Of a stretch of DNA of 64,000 nucleotides, positions 51,701-64,000 are shown piece by piece. How positions within the stretch are numbered: position 1 is the first letter of the stretch; every line of letters begins with the position of its first letter. Source of the stretch: Balanoglossus misakiensis (lineage: Eukaryota > Animalia > Hemichordata); assembly GCA_040954595.2 (NCBI GenBank), contig CM082580.2, forward strand, positions 9,278,390 through 9,342,389. The letters are read 5' to 3'. The notes under the pieces were generated by a model. That model was not told the origin of the DNA, ran no database searches, and worked only from the letters and a program-made list of their open reading frames with translations. A program made the translations under genes and the position numbers.

Positions 51701-53577
51701 ATTTCGAGATTTTCGGCCTTTTTGAACATTTTTCATGGGTTAACCATCATGGTTTTTGTCGAAAAACCACGAATTTTCGACTTGCCGGATTTCGAGATTT
51801 TCGGCCTTTTTGAACATTTTTCATGGGTTAACCATCATGGTTTTTGTCGAAAAACCACGAATTTTCGACTTGCCGGATTTCGAGATTTTCGGCCTTTTTG
51901 AACATTTTTCATAGGTTAACCATCATGGTTTTTGTCGAAAAACCACGAATTTTCGACTTGCCGGATTTCGAGATTTTCGGCCTTTTTGAACATTTTTCAT
52001 GGGTTAACCATCATGGTTTTTGTCGAAAAACCACGAATTTTCGACTTGCCGGATTTCGAGATTTTCGGCCTTTTTGAACATTTTTCATGGGTTAACCATC
52101 ATGGTTTTTGTCGAAAAACCACGAATTTTCGACTTGCCGGATTTCGAGATTTTCGGCCTTTTTGAACATTTTTCATGGGTTAACCATCATGGTTTTTGTC
52201 GAAAAACCACGAATTTTCGACTTGCCGGATTTCGAGATTTTCGGCCTTTTTGAACATTTTTCATGGGTTAACCATCATGGTTTTTGTCGAAAAACCACGA
52301 ATTTTCGACTTGCCGGATTTCGAGATTTTCGGCCTTTTTGAACATTTTTCATGGGTTAACCATCATGGTTTTTGTCGAAAAACCACGAATTTTCGACTTG
52401 CCGGATTTCGAGATTTTCGGCCTTTTTGAACATTTTTCATGGGTTAACCATCATGGTTTTTGTCGAAAAACCACGAATTTTCGACTTGCCGGATTTCGAG
52501 ATTTTCGGCCTTTTTGAACATTTTTCATGGGTTAACCATCATGGTTTTTGTCGAAAAACCACGAATTTTCGACTTGCCGGATTTCGAGATTTTCGGCCTT
52601 TTTGAACATTTTTCATGGGTTAACCATCATGGTTTTTGTCGAAAAACCACGAATTTTCGACTTGCCGGATTTCGAGATTTTCGGCCTTTTTGAACATTTT
52701 TCATGGGTTAACCATCATGGTTTTTGTCGAAAAACCACGAATTTTCGACTTGCCGGATTTCGAGATTTTCGGCCTTTTTGAACATTTTTCATGGGTTAAC
52801 CATCATGGTTTTTGTCGAAAAACCACGAATTTTCGACTTGCCGGATTTCGAGATTTTCGGCCTTTTTGAACATTTTTCATGGGTTAACCATCATGGTTTT
52901 TGTCGAAAAACCACGAATTTTCGACTTGCCGGATTTCGAGATTTTCGGCCTTTTTGAACATTTTTCATGGGTTAACCATCATGGTTTTTGTCGAAAAACC
53001 ACGAATTTTCGACTTGCCGGATTTCGAGATTTTCGGCCTTTTTGAACATTTTTCATGGGTTAACCATCATAGTTTTTGTCGAAAAACCACGAATTTTCGA
53101 CTTGCCGGATTTCGAGATTTTCGGCCTTTTTGAACATTTTTCATGGGTTAACCATCATGGTTTTTGTCGAAAAATCACCAATTCTCGACTTTCTGAATTT
53201 TGATATTTCGGGCTTTTTTTAAAATTTTCCATGGGTTATACATCATTAAAACTGCCAAAATATGATAAAATCTGGACTTTGTGTATTTGGTGATTTTGTC
53301 ATCTTCGACATTTTCCCTGGGTTATAGCTCATGAAAATTGACAAAATCTCTACTTTGTGAATTTTGGTGATTTTGTCATTTTTGACATATTTCATGGGTT
53401 ATAGCTCATGAAATTAGTCAAAAATAAGAAAATCTCGACTTAGCGAATTTTCGTGATTTTGTCATTTTTGGACATTTTTCATGGGTTATAGCTCATGAAA
53501 ATTGTTCAAAATTGACAAAACCTCGACTTTGTGAATTTTGGTGATTATGTCATTTTTGGACATTTCTCATGGGTTAT
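42717..53577. repeat. Satellite array, 88-bp monomer, about 113 near-identical core copies (about 43260-53173) flanked by diverged monomers
   Basis: The core monomer is gtcgaaaaaccacgaattttcgacttgccggatttcgagattttcggcctttttgaacatttttcatgggttaaccatcatggttttt. The 88-bp spacing of identical spurious ORFs confirms the period. An 87-bp variant occurs about 5 times at roughly 42823-43260, and degenerate monomers lie at both ends. Confidence 0.98.
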
Positions 53578-53611
53578 AAATACATGTACATACATTTAAA
53601 AGACTACGTAC

Positions 53612-53702
53612 CTTGTATGCAGGGAAACGGTTTTTAGCGTCTCTCAGTTCATGAAGAAACAATCATGACAGCTACAGAGTATCCCAGACACGTCTAGCCA
53701 AT
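53612..53702 (-). promoter_or_regulatory. Putative first non-coding exon and promoter of TRPC paralog B
   Basis: A minus-strand donor CAAG|GTACGT (intron starting at 53611) lies immediately beyond the satellite, and plus-strand CCAAT lies at 53698-53702. The first coding exon of paralog B is preceded by an acceptor (ttacttttag at 42690-42681), which needs an upstream donor. Confidence 0.45.
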
Positions 53703-55913
53703 CAGATGCAATTTCTTCGATCCCAAATGCCTTGAAAACGATACCTACTACGTCGTGGTTCTTGCCAGGTCAATTTAGAAAGTTCTATTATTATTGTACC
53801 ATGGGGTTGGTGATTCGAAATCCGACCTTTCAAGAACGATGCAACACTTTACCCCGCTCACTCTTGTACAGTTTGCGATGAAATGAGCAAAGATAACCCT
53901 ACTACCTCAATTCTACAGTAATGATAAATGATAAACACTAGAACTTATTTCCTTATGGAATTCCACTTAGGACAGGAATTCTATTGAATCAATTTTTCAA
54001 TTATAGCTTAATGATTGTGATCTTGTAGTTACGAGTATTTCCATAACGTTAATTTTTGTCAGTAATATATGTAGTAGTTATCCTCTAAAAGGGACTGTGA
54101 AGGTTGAATGTTTTTAAATTATGTTCAAACCACACTTACCATCACACGTTTACTTTTCGGATCAAGTGTTCACATACTTCACCCTGACTCTTAACACGGT
54201 ATTTATTTTGTTGTATTTCCGATGGCTGAGAAGGTTAATGAAATATGTTCAAAATGTTTATAAGCATTTGACAGTTCTATCTGCACATCGCACCATAAAA
54301 TACCTTGCACCAGGTAAAATACGTAGCTTGTCACGTGACCAATCCGAAAAATTCCTTTCTGAAATTAGCTGTTCATATCTGGTAATTTTCTAAATGATGA
54401 CAATCTAAAGTCAATAACGTAGTGTTCGAATTTGTTAAGTCATCCACGATGTAAAGATAATTCACATTCTATTTTTCCCTGTCCACTGAAGAACAAATGG
54501 AACGCAACGACCCCGTGATGACGTCATCTGCAGTCGTATTTCAAGCGGTTCTACCTACGGACATCAAATTTACGCTCTGTGTATATATACAAAAAATAAT
54601 TCAGTGTCACGACACAGAAATCAACGGCAAAAAAATAAATTTCTTTTCATTGCAATTCCGAGTAAAGCTAGTTAGACCAAAACCAAATTTATTCGGCAGG
54701 TATACCCCCAAAAACGCGGTAATCAAAAGAATTGGTCGGAAGCCAATAATATCAACGGGGAAGAAAATAAATTTCAGTTTCAATAGAAATTAGTTCGAAT
54801 GTTTAGTTCCCTGTTCAAAATCCTTTTCTATAGGTGTGAATTATCAATTTAGCACAATTTATTCTATTTCCGTCAATTACAATAGATTATACATATCAGA
54901 TAAAGGCCAAACTTGATGGGAAATTAGCGCCTATTTTTCAAACATCATGTAACCTTGGATATGATTTCTCTATAGAAAATACAATACATTGTTGAACATA
55001 TACCACAATAAGCAGTGCAAACTTCAATCCATTTTATTCATAAATCAGATAATATCAAAATACTATGATCTTTCTGTTTACTTCAATACACTACAACAGT
55101 CATATTTGGTTGAAAGAAATATTTACTTTGAAAGGAAACATTCCTATGGGGATCGTGAAACTTGCAACAACGCAAAAGCTGTAATGGAAAATAAACGTAG
55201 GCGTCCTTGGAATTAAACGCGAAGTCGATGTTAATTAATTGCGCACAATAATTGCATATTGAACATCCACGGTGAAATTGGTTGAACCAGAGCTTTTAAT
55301 GAATTTAGAGCGAATCATCCATAATTGTCCAGATGTGAATGACATGTGCTAATTTAAATAAAAATTAAATAAACTATCTAACATATTCTATCCTGGGATA
55401 AATGTCTAAGTATAATTTGATTGATGTATACACCCTTAGGACCTTAATATAAGGAAACATTTGAGGTTTAAATCATGCAGCCACAACACAGGTAAAGAAA
55501 TTCACTTAAATTAAATGAAATGAGACACTTTCATGTAAAGTGATCGTAAGTTCCTCCAATACACCCTTTTCATAAGTCTAAGGCCCTCACACAGCCATCA
55601 TGAATTGAAAGGTTTGTCTAATCACATCCATTGGCCTCGCTTTAATTCAAATTCACGATGACTGCGTGAGGGCGTTAGACTTATGGAAAGGATGGGTGTA
55701 TGAAACTACAAACTTAACTAACTCACGTCTCCCGTGCATTTCCTTTGTTGTTTTCATCTTCATCATCTGCATCCAATCGCTCTTTAAAATGCACCACGCA
55801 ACAGAACACCTGGTAACAGTGAGTAGTTCTGGGGAGTTCTATTTTCGCCACTGGACGCGAAGATTCTGCTCAGATTTCTGCTCTGCTACGACAATCTTTC
55901 CACATTTCCAACT

Positions 55914-58900
55914 TCATATTTTCTCCCCTTGGATTTCTTTCAATTGTCCCTTCATGTCTTCGACTGCAGCAAGCTCCTTCAGTTGGTTCTCATCGATGGT
56001 GTTCAGTTTGCCGTTCAACTCGTCCCGAAATTGAGAAAATGTCCCCTCCAACCGCTGAATAATATCGCATATTTCAAACCTGATAGCAAAATAAAATCTA
56101 AGTAAGCAAACTGCAGGTATGGTCACCTCCAATTAACATACGCCCACAGATTGCTTGAGTATTCTAAAGAACGTATGCTGGCGCTCTTTTTTCGCGTCTG
56201 CCACCCACTGAAAATCTGCGAAGAATGGCTAGTTGTTCTCGATTTGCCATTGTAACTGTAGCTAAATTTGCATAGGTGACCGTGAACTTACCTGACTGTC
56301 GATAAATCGCTCTTTGAAGCAACTTCTTCTTCGCAAGAATCGTTTTGTGAGGTGTGTTTGTCGGCGAAATATCGCAGAATCAGCTGTCTGCAAAGTTTCT
56401 GAAATGGAAAGATTGAAAGCAGCATAGTATTACACCTTTCTGGTACTGACCATCTGGTTTGTTTGTACCATCTGAGTTTCCAGTTTCACGTGTGAAGGCA
56501 TGAACGACAAAACATCATCAACAAAATTTAGCAGTCAACACCATGTCAAGGGCTTTATGCATTTACTTGCCTCATAATCGTTTTGACTTTCTTTAACAGA
56601 ATCCGATCTTCTTTTCATCTGAAAGGTAAGATTAGGTAAGGTGAGGTTTAGGGACCAGTCAAGTTTCTCGTTTCTTATGTTTAATCAAGCAGTGTCTTGT
56701 ACCCAAGCATCGCCTTCGACTCATAAAAGTACCATGCAAGATATATCTTTTTCCTTGTTTAGTCGCCTCCCCAGTCTTGATGGAGTTTTCACAATAAACA
56801 CAAAACAATATACTTACTAATTCCTGCCTTTTCTTGTCCTTTTGACAGCTGACACAATGGAAAAGCCGTCGAAACGCATTCATGATGACTCGGGTATTCG
56901 GCAGAACGTTAAATGGCGGCGCTTCTGTGGTGCCTCTTCTGAAGTATTCCATCCACATTTCCGAACGATGGAACTTCCACTCGATGTCGGCGTTTTGCTT
57001 TGGAGAGAAGTGGTCGTGAAAATGTAAGAAGTCAATCTCTCTTTATGACAATTTTAATCAATTGAGGGGCAAACTTACTACCTTAAACAGGAAAGCATCC
57101 GCAATGTATGAAAGTACTAGTATACTGCGGTGTAGTGTAAGATATGTTGTAAGTATAAGTGTCAGCGACATGCTTACCGCGATACTGTCGTAGGTAGTAC
57201 CCATGAGGGCGATGAGCAGGTTGAGGAGAATGATAACGGCAACGATTTGATAAGTTCCAAACAACAATTCACCAAAGAATTCCGTTGACATGTGATCGGC
57301 TTTCACTTCCAGCGCGTCCAGGTCAATCAGGCCGTACAAGGACCAGAACAATGTCTTCGATGACGTCCCTATACTATTCGACAAGGGCGACAAGTTGAGG
57401 ACAAAATATAAGAGTCAGAACAACAGAAAATAAGGGTATATCGATTCAAAAGACAGACAAATGATCAGAAAAAAATAACGGTATAGATGGTAAGACTGAC
57501 AGCGATAATAGTTGAATAATACGGTGGCTTGTAACTACCAATTCTAAGAAATCAGTTAACGCGGAGAATTGGTATTTGCAGGCAACATGCTTACTCTGCG
57601 AAGAACAGCTTTCCGTAACACTCTTTGTAGGATGTATGTTCTTCGCCCATGCACTCCAGCAACTCATCCGGCGAATAACCCCAGTAGATTTGAGTCAAGC
57701 CCAGGGCGAAGGCCATCCACACCAGGGAAAAAATGAACATGAACTTCAGAATGTCCTTTATCATTTTGCCGACGGATATCTGTAGCGGCCCGACGTATTC
57801 ATTCACCACCATGACCCTGAGAAACCGTATGACGCTGACGACGTTGGCGACTGCGATGACGCAATCGGCCAGCAGGGTTGGATCGGTCTGATCCCATTCC
57901 TTGCGCGGCACCTTGTAAGAGAAATCGGAATACTGCCAATCGTCAAAAGAGAAAGAGGAGTCCGGATAGCTGTCGCTGTCATCTGTCGCGTTTAGACGGG
58001 TCAGCAACAGCGCGATCCTGCTCAATTCCAGGGACATCTTTGTAATGGCCGCCTCGTACTGCGGGGACGACTCTATCCTGTCAGTCAGCTCAGCGACAGC
58101 TCCCAGTATTTCGTTGAGCCGACCCTCCAGGTAGTATGACATCATGGCGTCTTCTTGGGGAAAAGAGTCGCCGAAAGAGGATAGTTCAGTCTCGTTCGCT
58201 GCTCCGGGAGGGTTTTCGAAATCCGGACTGTCGTCGTAAATGTAACCGGTTGCAGGTATGCTGCTGTTGAATGGATAATCGGACACCTCTCTTTCTTCAA
58301 CGTCAACATAACCCAGCTTCTCTTTGTACACCTGGAAAGGCGAATGAAATCGATTGATGGTTACGTAACTGGTCCAAGTTAGTGCTAAAATCACGCTGAA
58401 CTGCCAAAATTGAACACATTACGGGTGACAGTGTACGTGTTGAGTGTCCCACATAACTGCTTGATCACCATACTACGGAAGTACATGTAAAACGTAACCT
58501 GCCCAGTTTCTGTGTGGAGAAAGGTTGCAATGGAGAGGGTCACAATTTTCAAATCTGTGTCAGAGGGCTTTTTCACGTGTGTTTCCATATCTAACTTTCA
58601 CAATGTGTACCAACCATGATATATGCGGCCAGCCTGATGCCGATCCAAATCCAATAAAGTACGATCTGCAACAGATCCATGACATTCCAGGCGTTCGCCA
58701 CGTATTCAGAGCAGCCAGCATTCCACAGTTCACGCATTTCCCGCCATGTAACACCTGGAATAAAAAAAATGTGAGGCACCGGTTTCGGCGTTTTCTTTCA
58801 TTTGCATATGGTGTTGCCTTGATAATAGTAGAGTCGGCCATTGAGGGCTCACATTCAATCAGACGATAAGTCTGCGTATATAGGCGGAGAGAGGGGCTGT

Positions 58901-61675
58901 GAGAGTCTATGATAACAGTTGACCAGCTAGCTGAAATAAAAAGAATCAAAGTCGAATAATTAAAACACAACAACGTACCTATGACCCAAATTATTATCAG
59001 CCATTCAATATTTGTTGGGGCGGATCCACGCTGTTGGCTTAATTTCTGTTGTAATTCCAAGTTTTGTTTCTGGTTTTCTCCGCGAATCTCGTGATTTCCG
59101 ATATGTTGTGTTGACAGGAACAGTAACGTCAGGAAAACAATGTATGACGAAGTATGCATCAAGAATTTGACGTATCTGCAAATAAAGTAAACAGCCATTG
59201 CCAAATGACAACTAAAAGCAAATAAAATGCCACAAAGAAAGACAAGATTTCACATAGGCATGCATGCTCATATGCATCTTACGGCCGCGTGCCTCAAACG
59301 TAGAAAATGTACCAATACTCACGGTATTCTCATAAATTTTCCAAACTTGCCAAACGGGAAAATCACATAAAACAAGCCCAGCACAGGAAATGCCAGCATT
59401 ATCAGAGTCGATATGATCACGTTGCGTATCCAACTGGAGTCTCGCCAATTTGCCAAGCCACGGTACCACATTTCTATCAGATGTTGTTGACAGTGTGGGT
59501 GAACGATGAACTAAAGAAAAAAGGCGCGAATCAGGTTAACGCAACAGCGGATGACGGGTGACCGTCGTTGGCGGCGACAGAGTCTACTGCATATACAGTA
59601 TGGTAGTAGAGATGGCAACTATCTATGGAAATGTGATCCAAGCATGGGCTTGTTGTAGGTTACGAAGAATGGAATTTATCACATGTGAAGTGTCAGACAC
59701 TCGATCTGATCGTGCGCATGGTATCATATATTACTACTACAGACCCACCTTCCTTTGTTCTCTTTTCACAGCGTACAGAACTTTCATGGGCCGTGCTTCT
59801 TTGCCGATGGACTTCGCACTCATGTCCGAGTCGTGGCCTAGGATGGTTTTCAGCTCGGCTGAATCATGGGTCTGTCCGAGCAAATCGGCGGTGTACTGTT
59901 CACATTTGGCCGCCAGCTCCAGGTACTGTTCGCGGAATTCGTACTCTTTGGAACTCTCTCGACGCAATTCATGGCACAGCTATAAGAAAAACAAAGGCGA
60001 CGCAGATGTCATGTGTGTGTGTGTGTGTGTGTGTGCCAGGTTCCCGTTTTTCGAATCACGTGACTCGTATCATTTGTCTTTTGTCGGAGGTCCATAGATC
60101 ATTCTCTCACGGGTTTGACTGCGTTGCGCTATGTTGTGTTTGCCGGGGTTCATTAGAGACAAACAGCTATATTAATTTTAACAGTATGGTCGCCAACTGT
60201 TCCTACCTCAAACGCTCTTCTAAAGGGATCTGGATTGTGTTCGGTCTCCGTTTCAATGGCCGACATGTAGGCTTCACTGGCAAGTGCTTTGTATATGTTC
60301 AGGGTACCAATTGACCGTTGAATGGTGTGGTTTTCAGTCTGGTGGTTTGTCACTGCGATTGGCGTAGCTCCCCTTCTTATCAGCAACTGAAGAAGAGGAT
60401 ACAATCCGCGATCATAGATACACACACTCTCAAGCAAGCACCACCGAGTCGGCCATTTTGTATATTCAGTCGGCCATTTTGTATGTTCCTATGCCAGAGG
60501 CATGTATGGGTATGTTTGGTTCCCATTTTGACATGTTCACTTGTGTGCTTAATTTTTGTTCGCAAACCTGGTTTGTAGTCTATCTTACCTTGATGACATT
60601 ATAGTCGTTATGGTGTGCCGCTAAAATTAGAGGCGTTGTATCTGGATGGAACTCTTCGCTTTGATTCCCGGCGTGAGCGTCAATCACCTCCTTACCCTAA
60701 AATAACATGATATTTAATCGTACGTGTGATTCTGCGATTTTAAAATAAAGACAAACTGAGTTTGAAAGACTGGTTTCTGAGTGGTTATTTTGCCAGCACA
60801 CACGATCGAGATCTCCACACGTTCTCGTGATAAAAAAAAATATTTGCTTAATTTGGACGATTTTTCATGCGTGGCAAGGGTGTTATTAACGATATAATAG
60901 TGGCATATATACCAAGTTGTTGATATACTTCGGAAACTATTCCGGCGGTTTCCTTAATTGAGAGCTCTTGAGTCGAATCGTGGCCAATTCATGCGGCGAA
61001 TGACCGCAAGATGGCCTTCACGTAGTCAAGATACCAGCAAATGTCATCTGAGGTTACCTTATGACTCACAATCAACTAATTTGATACCCTCAGCGACTTA
61101 TATTAAATCATCTGACACAGCACGATATCTTATCTACATTTCTTTATCATGTACAGACCAATACATGATTTTCCGCTCTTTGCCAAATGTCGCGAGACTT
61201 GGTTGATGACGCCGTTGGTAACCCAGCGTCAAATTAACGTAGATAAAATGCGTTACTTACCTGTGGACTGTCTAGAATCAATTCAATGGCTTTGGTGAAT
61301 TTGGCATCTATTGCATGGAAAAGGGCGACGCCGATATCAACACCATGATGCAGCAGTATTTTTATGATATCTACCAAAGACAAAAATATGTAATAATGCA
61401 GTAATATTAATTTAGATTGTATATATTAACCTATTGATTTTTTTTACACAAATCATGCAATTTCAAACTCTAGCTCTGTTAGTTAATCTAAACTCACCTG
61501 TACTTTTACGTTCAATTGCAAGGCGTAGAGCGGTTTTGCCACTGGCATTGGTGGCGTTAATGTTAAACTGGGATTTGCGAATCAAGACGCTCTCCAAGCC
61601 CCGGCCGTCTGCTCTTTCTACCGATTTAAAGTACTGGTGTTGTAAATTTCTGTTGGTTGACTCTACGTCGTCCAT
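55914..61675 (-). CDS. TRPC: TRPC-like channel, paralog C, 14 coding exons, about 921 aa
   Basis: Exons (minus): 61675-61498, 61370-61261, 60696-60589, 60386-60207, 59979-59749, 59510-59323, 59175-58979, 58754-58615, 58331-57595, 57373-57178, 56997-56818, 56618-56571 (GC donor), 56398-56292 and 56079-55914. These total 2766 nt with phases closing. Motifs include LFWSLYGLIDLD, EWKFHR, EAPPFN and DLSTVRFEI. Confidence 0.92.
60012..60035. repeat. (TG)n microsatellite
   Basis: About 12 TG units lie in intron 4 of paralog C. Confidence 0.9.
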
Positions 61676-61830
61676 GTTGTATGCCACTCGAAATCTAAAA
61701 GTGAACGAAATTAAGTCGTTATCTCACAGTGCACCACGATTGTAACGCGTATTCATAACACGCGTTGGTATGTATTGGTCCATCGTCGCAAACCACGACC
61801 CTTGTACGGTATAAGCGTATATAGGATAGA

Positions 61831-62113
61831 CCCCCGGGCGCACTTCGGATTATTTCGGATGGGGGTGTGCAGCCCCTCTGACTGAAACTCTCTACCTACT
61901 GCAGAGCTAAACAGTTCGAGTTAATTTGACCCACTCCTAAATCTCAGACTTTACGATTTCACATGTATAAGGGAGTGTAGGGCTGATGTGACCCCTTCTA
62001 ACGAGCCTAAAATTACCACCCTCTTGTAGGAGGATCTTCAATGCGTGGAAAGAGTAGCCAGTCTAGTCGGGCGATGCGGCAGCGTGTCTCCTCCACGCGG
62101 GAGTACCCGGGGG
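61831..62113. mobile_element. MITE-like non-autonomous DNA element, about 283 bp, upstream of TRPC paralog C
   Basis: It has imperfect terminal inverted repeats cccccgggcgcact ... agtacccggggg and no coding capacity. Confidence 0.6.
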
Positions 62114-64000
62114 AAACCAGGCTATGGTCGTTTTGGTCGTGGGATTTATATTGTAAAATATTCAACATTATTTACGAGATCTGCATTGGTAGAAAGTATA
62201 GCAACCCTATCTCAGATTACGAGAATACCAAGTTTATTATTTTGTTTCTGGTCTCGGAGCAACCGCGATGTCGGATTGCCAATTACAAAATCTTGCCAAA
62301 CGATTTACGCATGTACTTTTTCTCGTCCCTGGGTCACTGAATCGTGACCTGGGACTCACGGTTGATTTATATAACGACGTGGAATGTGGTGTAAAGTTTC
62401 AATTAAAAGACGCTCTATTTTGGTTGCTTGTCATATGAAACAAGATATATGTTCATGAAAGGAGAAAAAATCACACGCATCACAGAAAATACTTGCATCT
62501 ATTTTTTAGCTGTTGATGACACAATTAGATCGGATGACTATTGTATTGTTGTATGAAGTTAAATCACATTAAAACTGCATTCAAAATGTCCCGTCTAAAT
62601 TATTAAATGTGACGTGCTGATAAATATGCTGTATTTGTTTGGATTAATGTATTGTTACAAAAAAAACTTGAGAAATATTCAACTTATGTCTCGTCTTGCC
62701 AGGGGACCTTATGCTTGGTAACTTTCTGCATAACATCACTCCATGTCTTGTGGATTTGAAACAAAATCCACTTGAAGTGCTTGTCATAGGTAAACTTATC
62801 CTCTGAAGGCTTTATCGGAATTTGTTTTTAAAATGACAACTTCAACAACTGACGGGTGTGAAAGAAGTCTAAGTATTGTCGTCGTCATGACTTCCGTCGT
62901 TTGAGGTGTACTACCCAATAAAAACAAGAGCAAGTCGATAGGTTGTCGAGTGGTGTCTACTGCTCCTGCACTTGTGCAATGTAAACATTATCCCAGCACA
63001 CCTTGCAAGTACGGTTGCTTAGCGTTTTGTTGTCGACGGACTTATCGGGTGACGCGACGCATATATTTGAGGTCTATTCCCCTACCATTCAGTCAGTCAG
63101 TCTATTTAGAAGTCTATTTTTCTACCTTTCATAAACGTCGCTGTCGAAAGAATGGCTGTACACTTGCTTTTCCAAATCGTGTCCGGTTTCCTGATGGTCG
63201 AAATGGTGCTGGTCCTGTTGCTTCTGGTTCCGTTTGTGAAGGCAACCACGTAGGTTTCAACATGGCTTTACTTATAATAGGCACACATTTACAGCTCAAA
63301 TATCTTTCAGGGTAAATGTGCATTTTTTGAAAACCCTCCCAGGTTTTTGAGGGGCACAGTTAGACGTGCAAGACGTACAAAAGATCACAGGGCTATATTT
63401 GCATTTCGAAAGTGAAACCGAAGGCAGGATTATACTATGGACAGAGGAAAAGTATCACCTCCTATATTGACAATGGGGACTTATATATATGCTGTATAAA
63501 CTTTCCAAAGGTTCAGTAAATTATAGGGTCCAGTCTCAGGTTGACATTTTAAGTGCCACTCGATTCGTCCATTCGAACCAGAAGACTTATTAATTTATGA
63601 ACTGATTATAATGGTGAGCATACGCAAAGCGGCGATGAAACTTTCAAAAGTGAAATTCCACTCTACAGTCGATTCTGTTTAAAATTAAGATGTAAAGAGG
63701 TCATAATTTAACGTGCATGAGCGCCCCATATATGTCAGCCAGTGTGTTCGTAGAATCGTACGTACCCTCAGAGTGTACATGGCTGTTGTTTCCTCGTATT
63801 TGTTTCGTTTTTGAAGGTCTCGTTAGCTCAGGTTTATTCAGGCTGCAACGCTGCTGCCATTGCACCAACGCTAAACAAATAACGACGTAGAGTATGTTAC
63901 CTCGGACGTGGTCTTTCTTTAGAATTATTAGGGGAAATGTCGCTATTCGTGTGTGTTGCTTTTAATGTGGGATACGTTAAACTTCAGAAACAGCATCCAG

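Noticed and set aside
42823-53203. More than 100 identical 77-aa ORFs, and a possible CRISPR-like array
   Set aside because: The ORFs are by-products of the 88-bp period and mostly start at non-ATG codons. The repeats are head-to-tail with no unique spacers and no cas genes, so this is satellite DNA, not CRISPR or a gene array.

Overview
This is eukaryotic (animal) genomic DNA. The repeat families, poly-G/C tracts and gene content suggest a marine invertebrate, possibly an echinoderm-like deuterostome (inference). All recognisable genes are on the minus strand: a tRNA-Val(TAC); a 6-exon phosphoethanolamine N-methyltransferase-like gene that encodes only one methyltransferase domain (242 aa, with a GC-AG intron); a single-coding-exon class A peptide-type GPCR; and three tandem, intact, 14-coding-exon TRPC-like channel genes (about 989, 921 and 921 aa). 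I rebuilt the exons by hand and all splice phases close. The three channels share unusual features. They have a 120-150 aa hypervariable extracellular S3-S4 insert with a conserved helix-SSP-helix core, lack the H/C/C/C zinc motif, carry an Asp in the selectivity filter, and have altered lower-gate and TRP-box residues. A 10.9 kb layered 88-bp satellite appears to fill almost the whole first (5'UTR) intron of the middle channel gene. A putative multi-exon non-coding transcript lies head-to-head with the left channel gene. Several MITE-like elements, minisatellites and microsatellites are also present. Exon coordinates were counted manually and may be off by a base or two.
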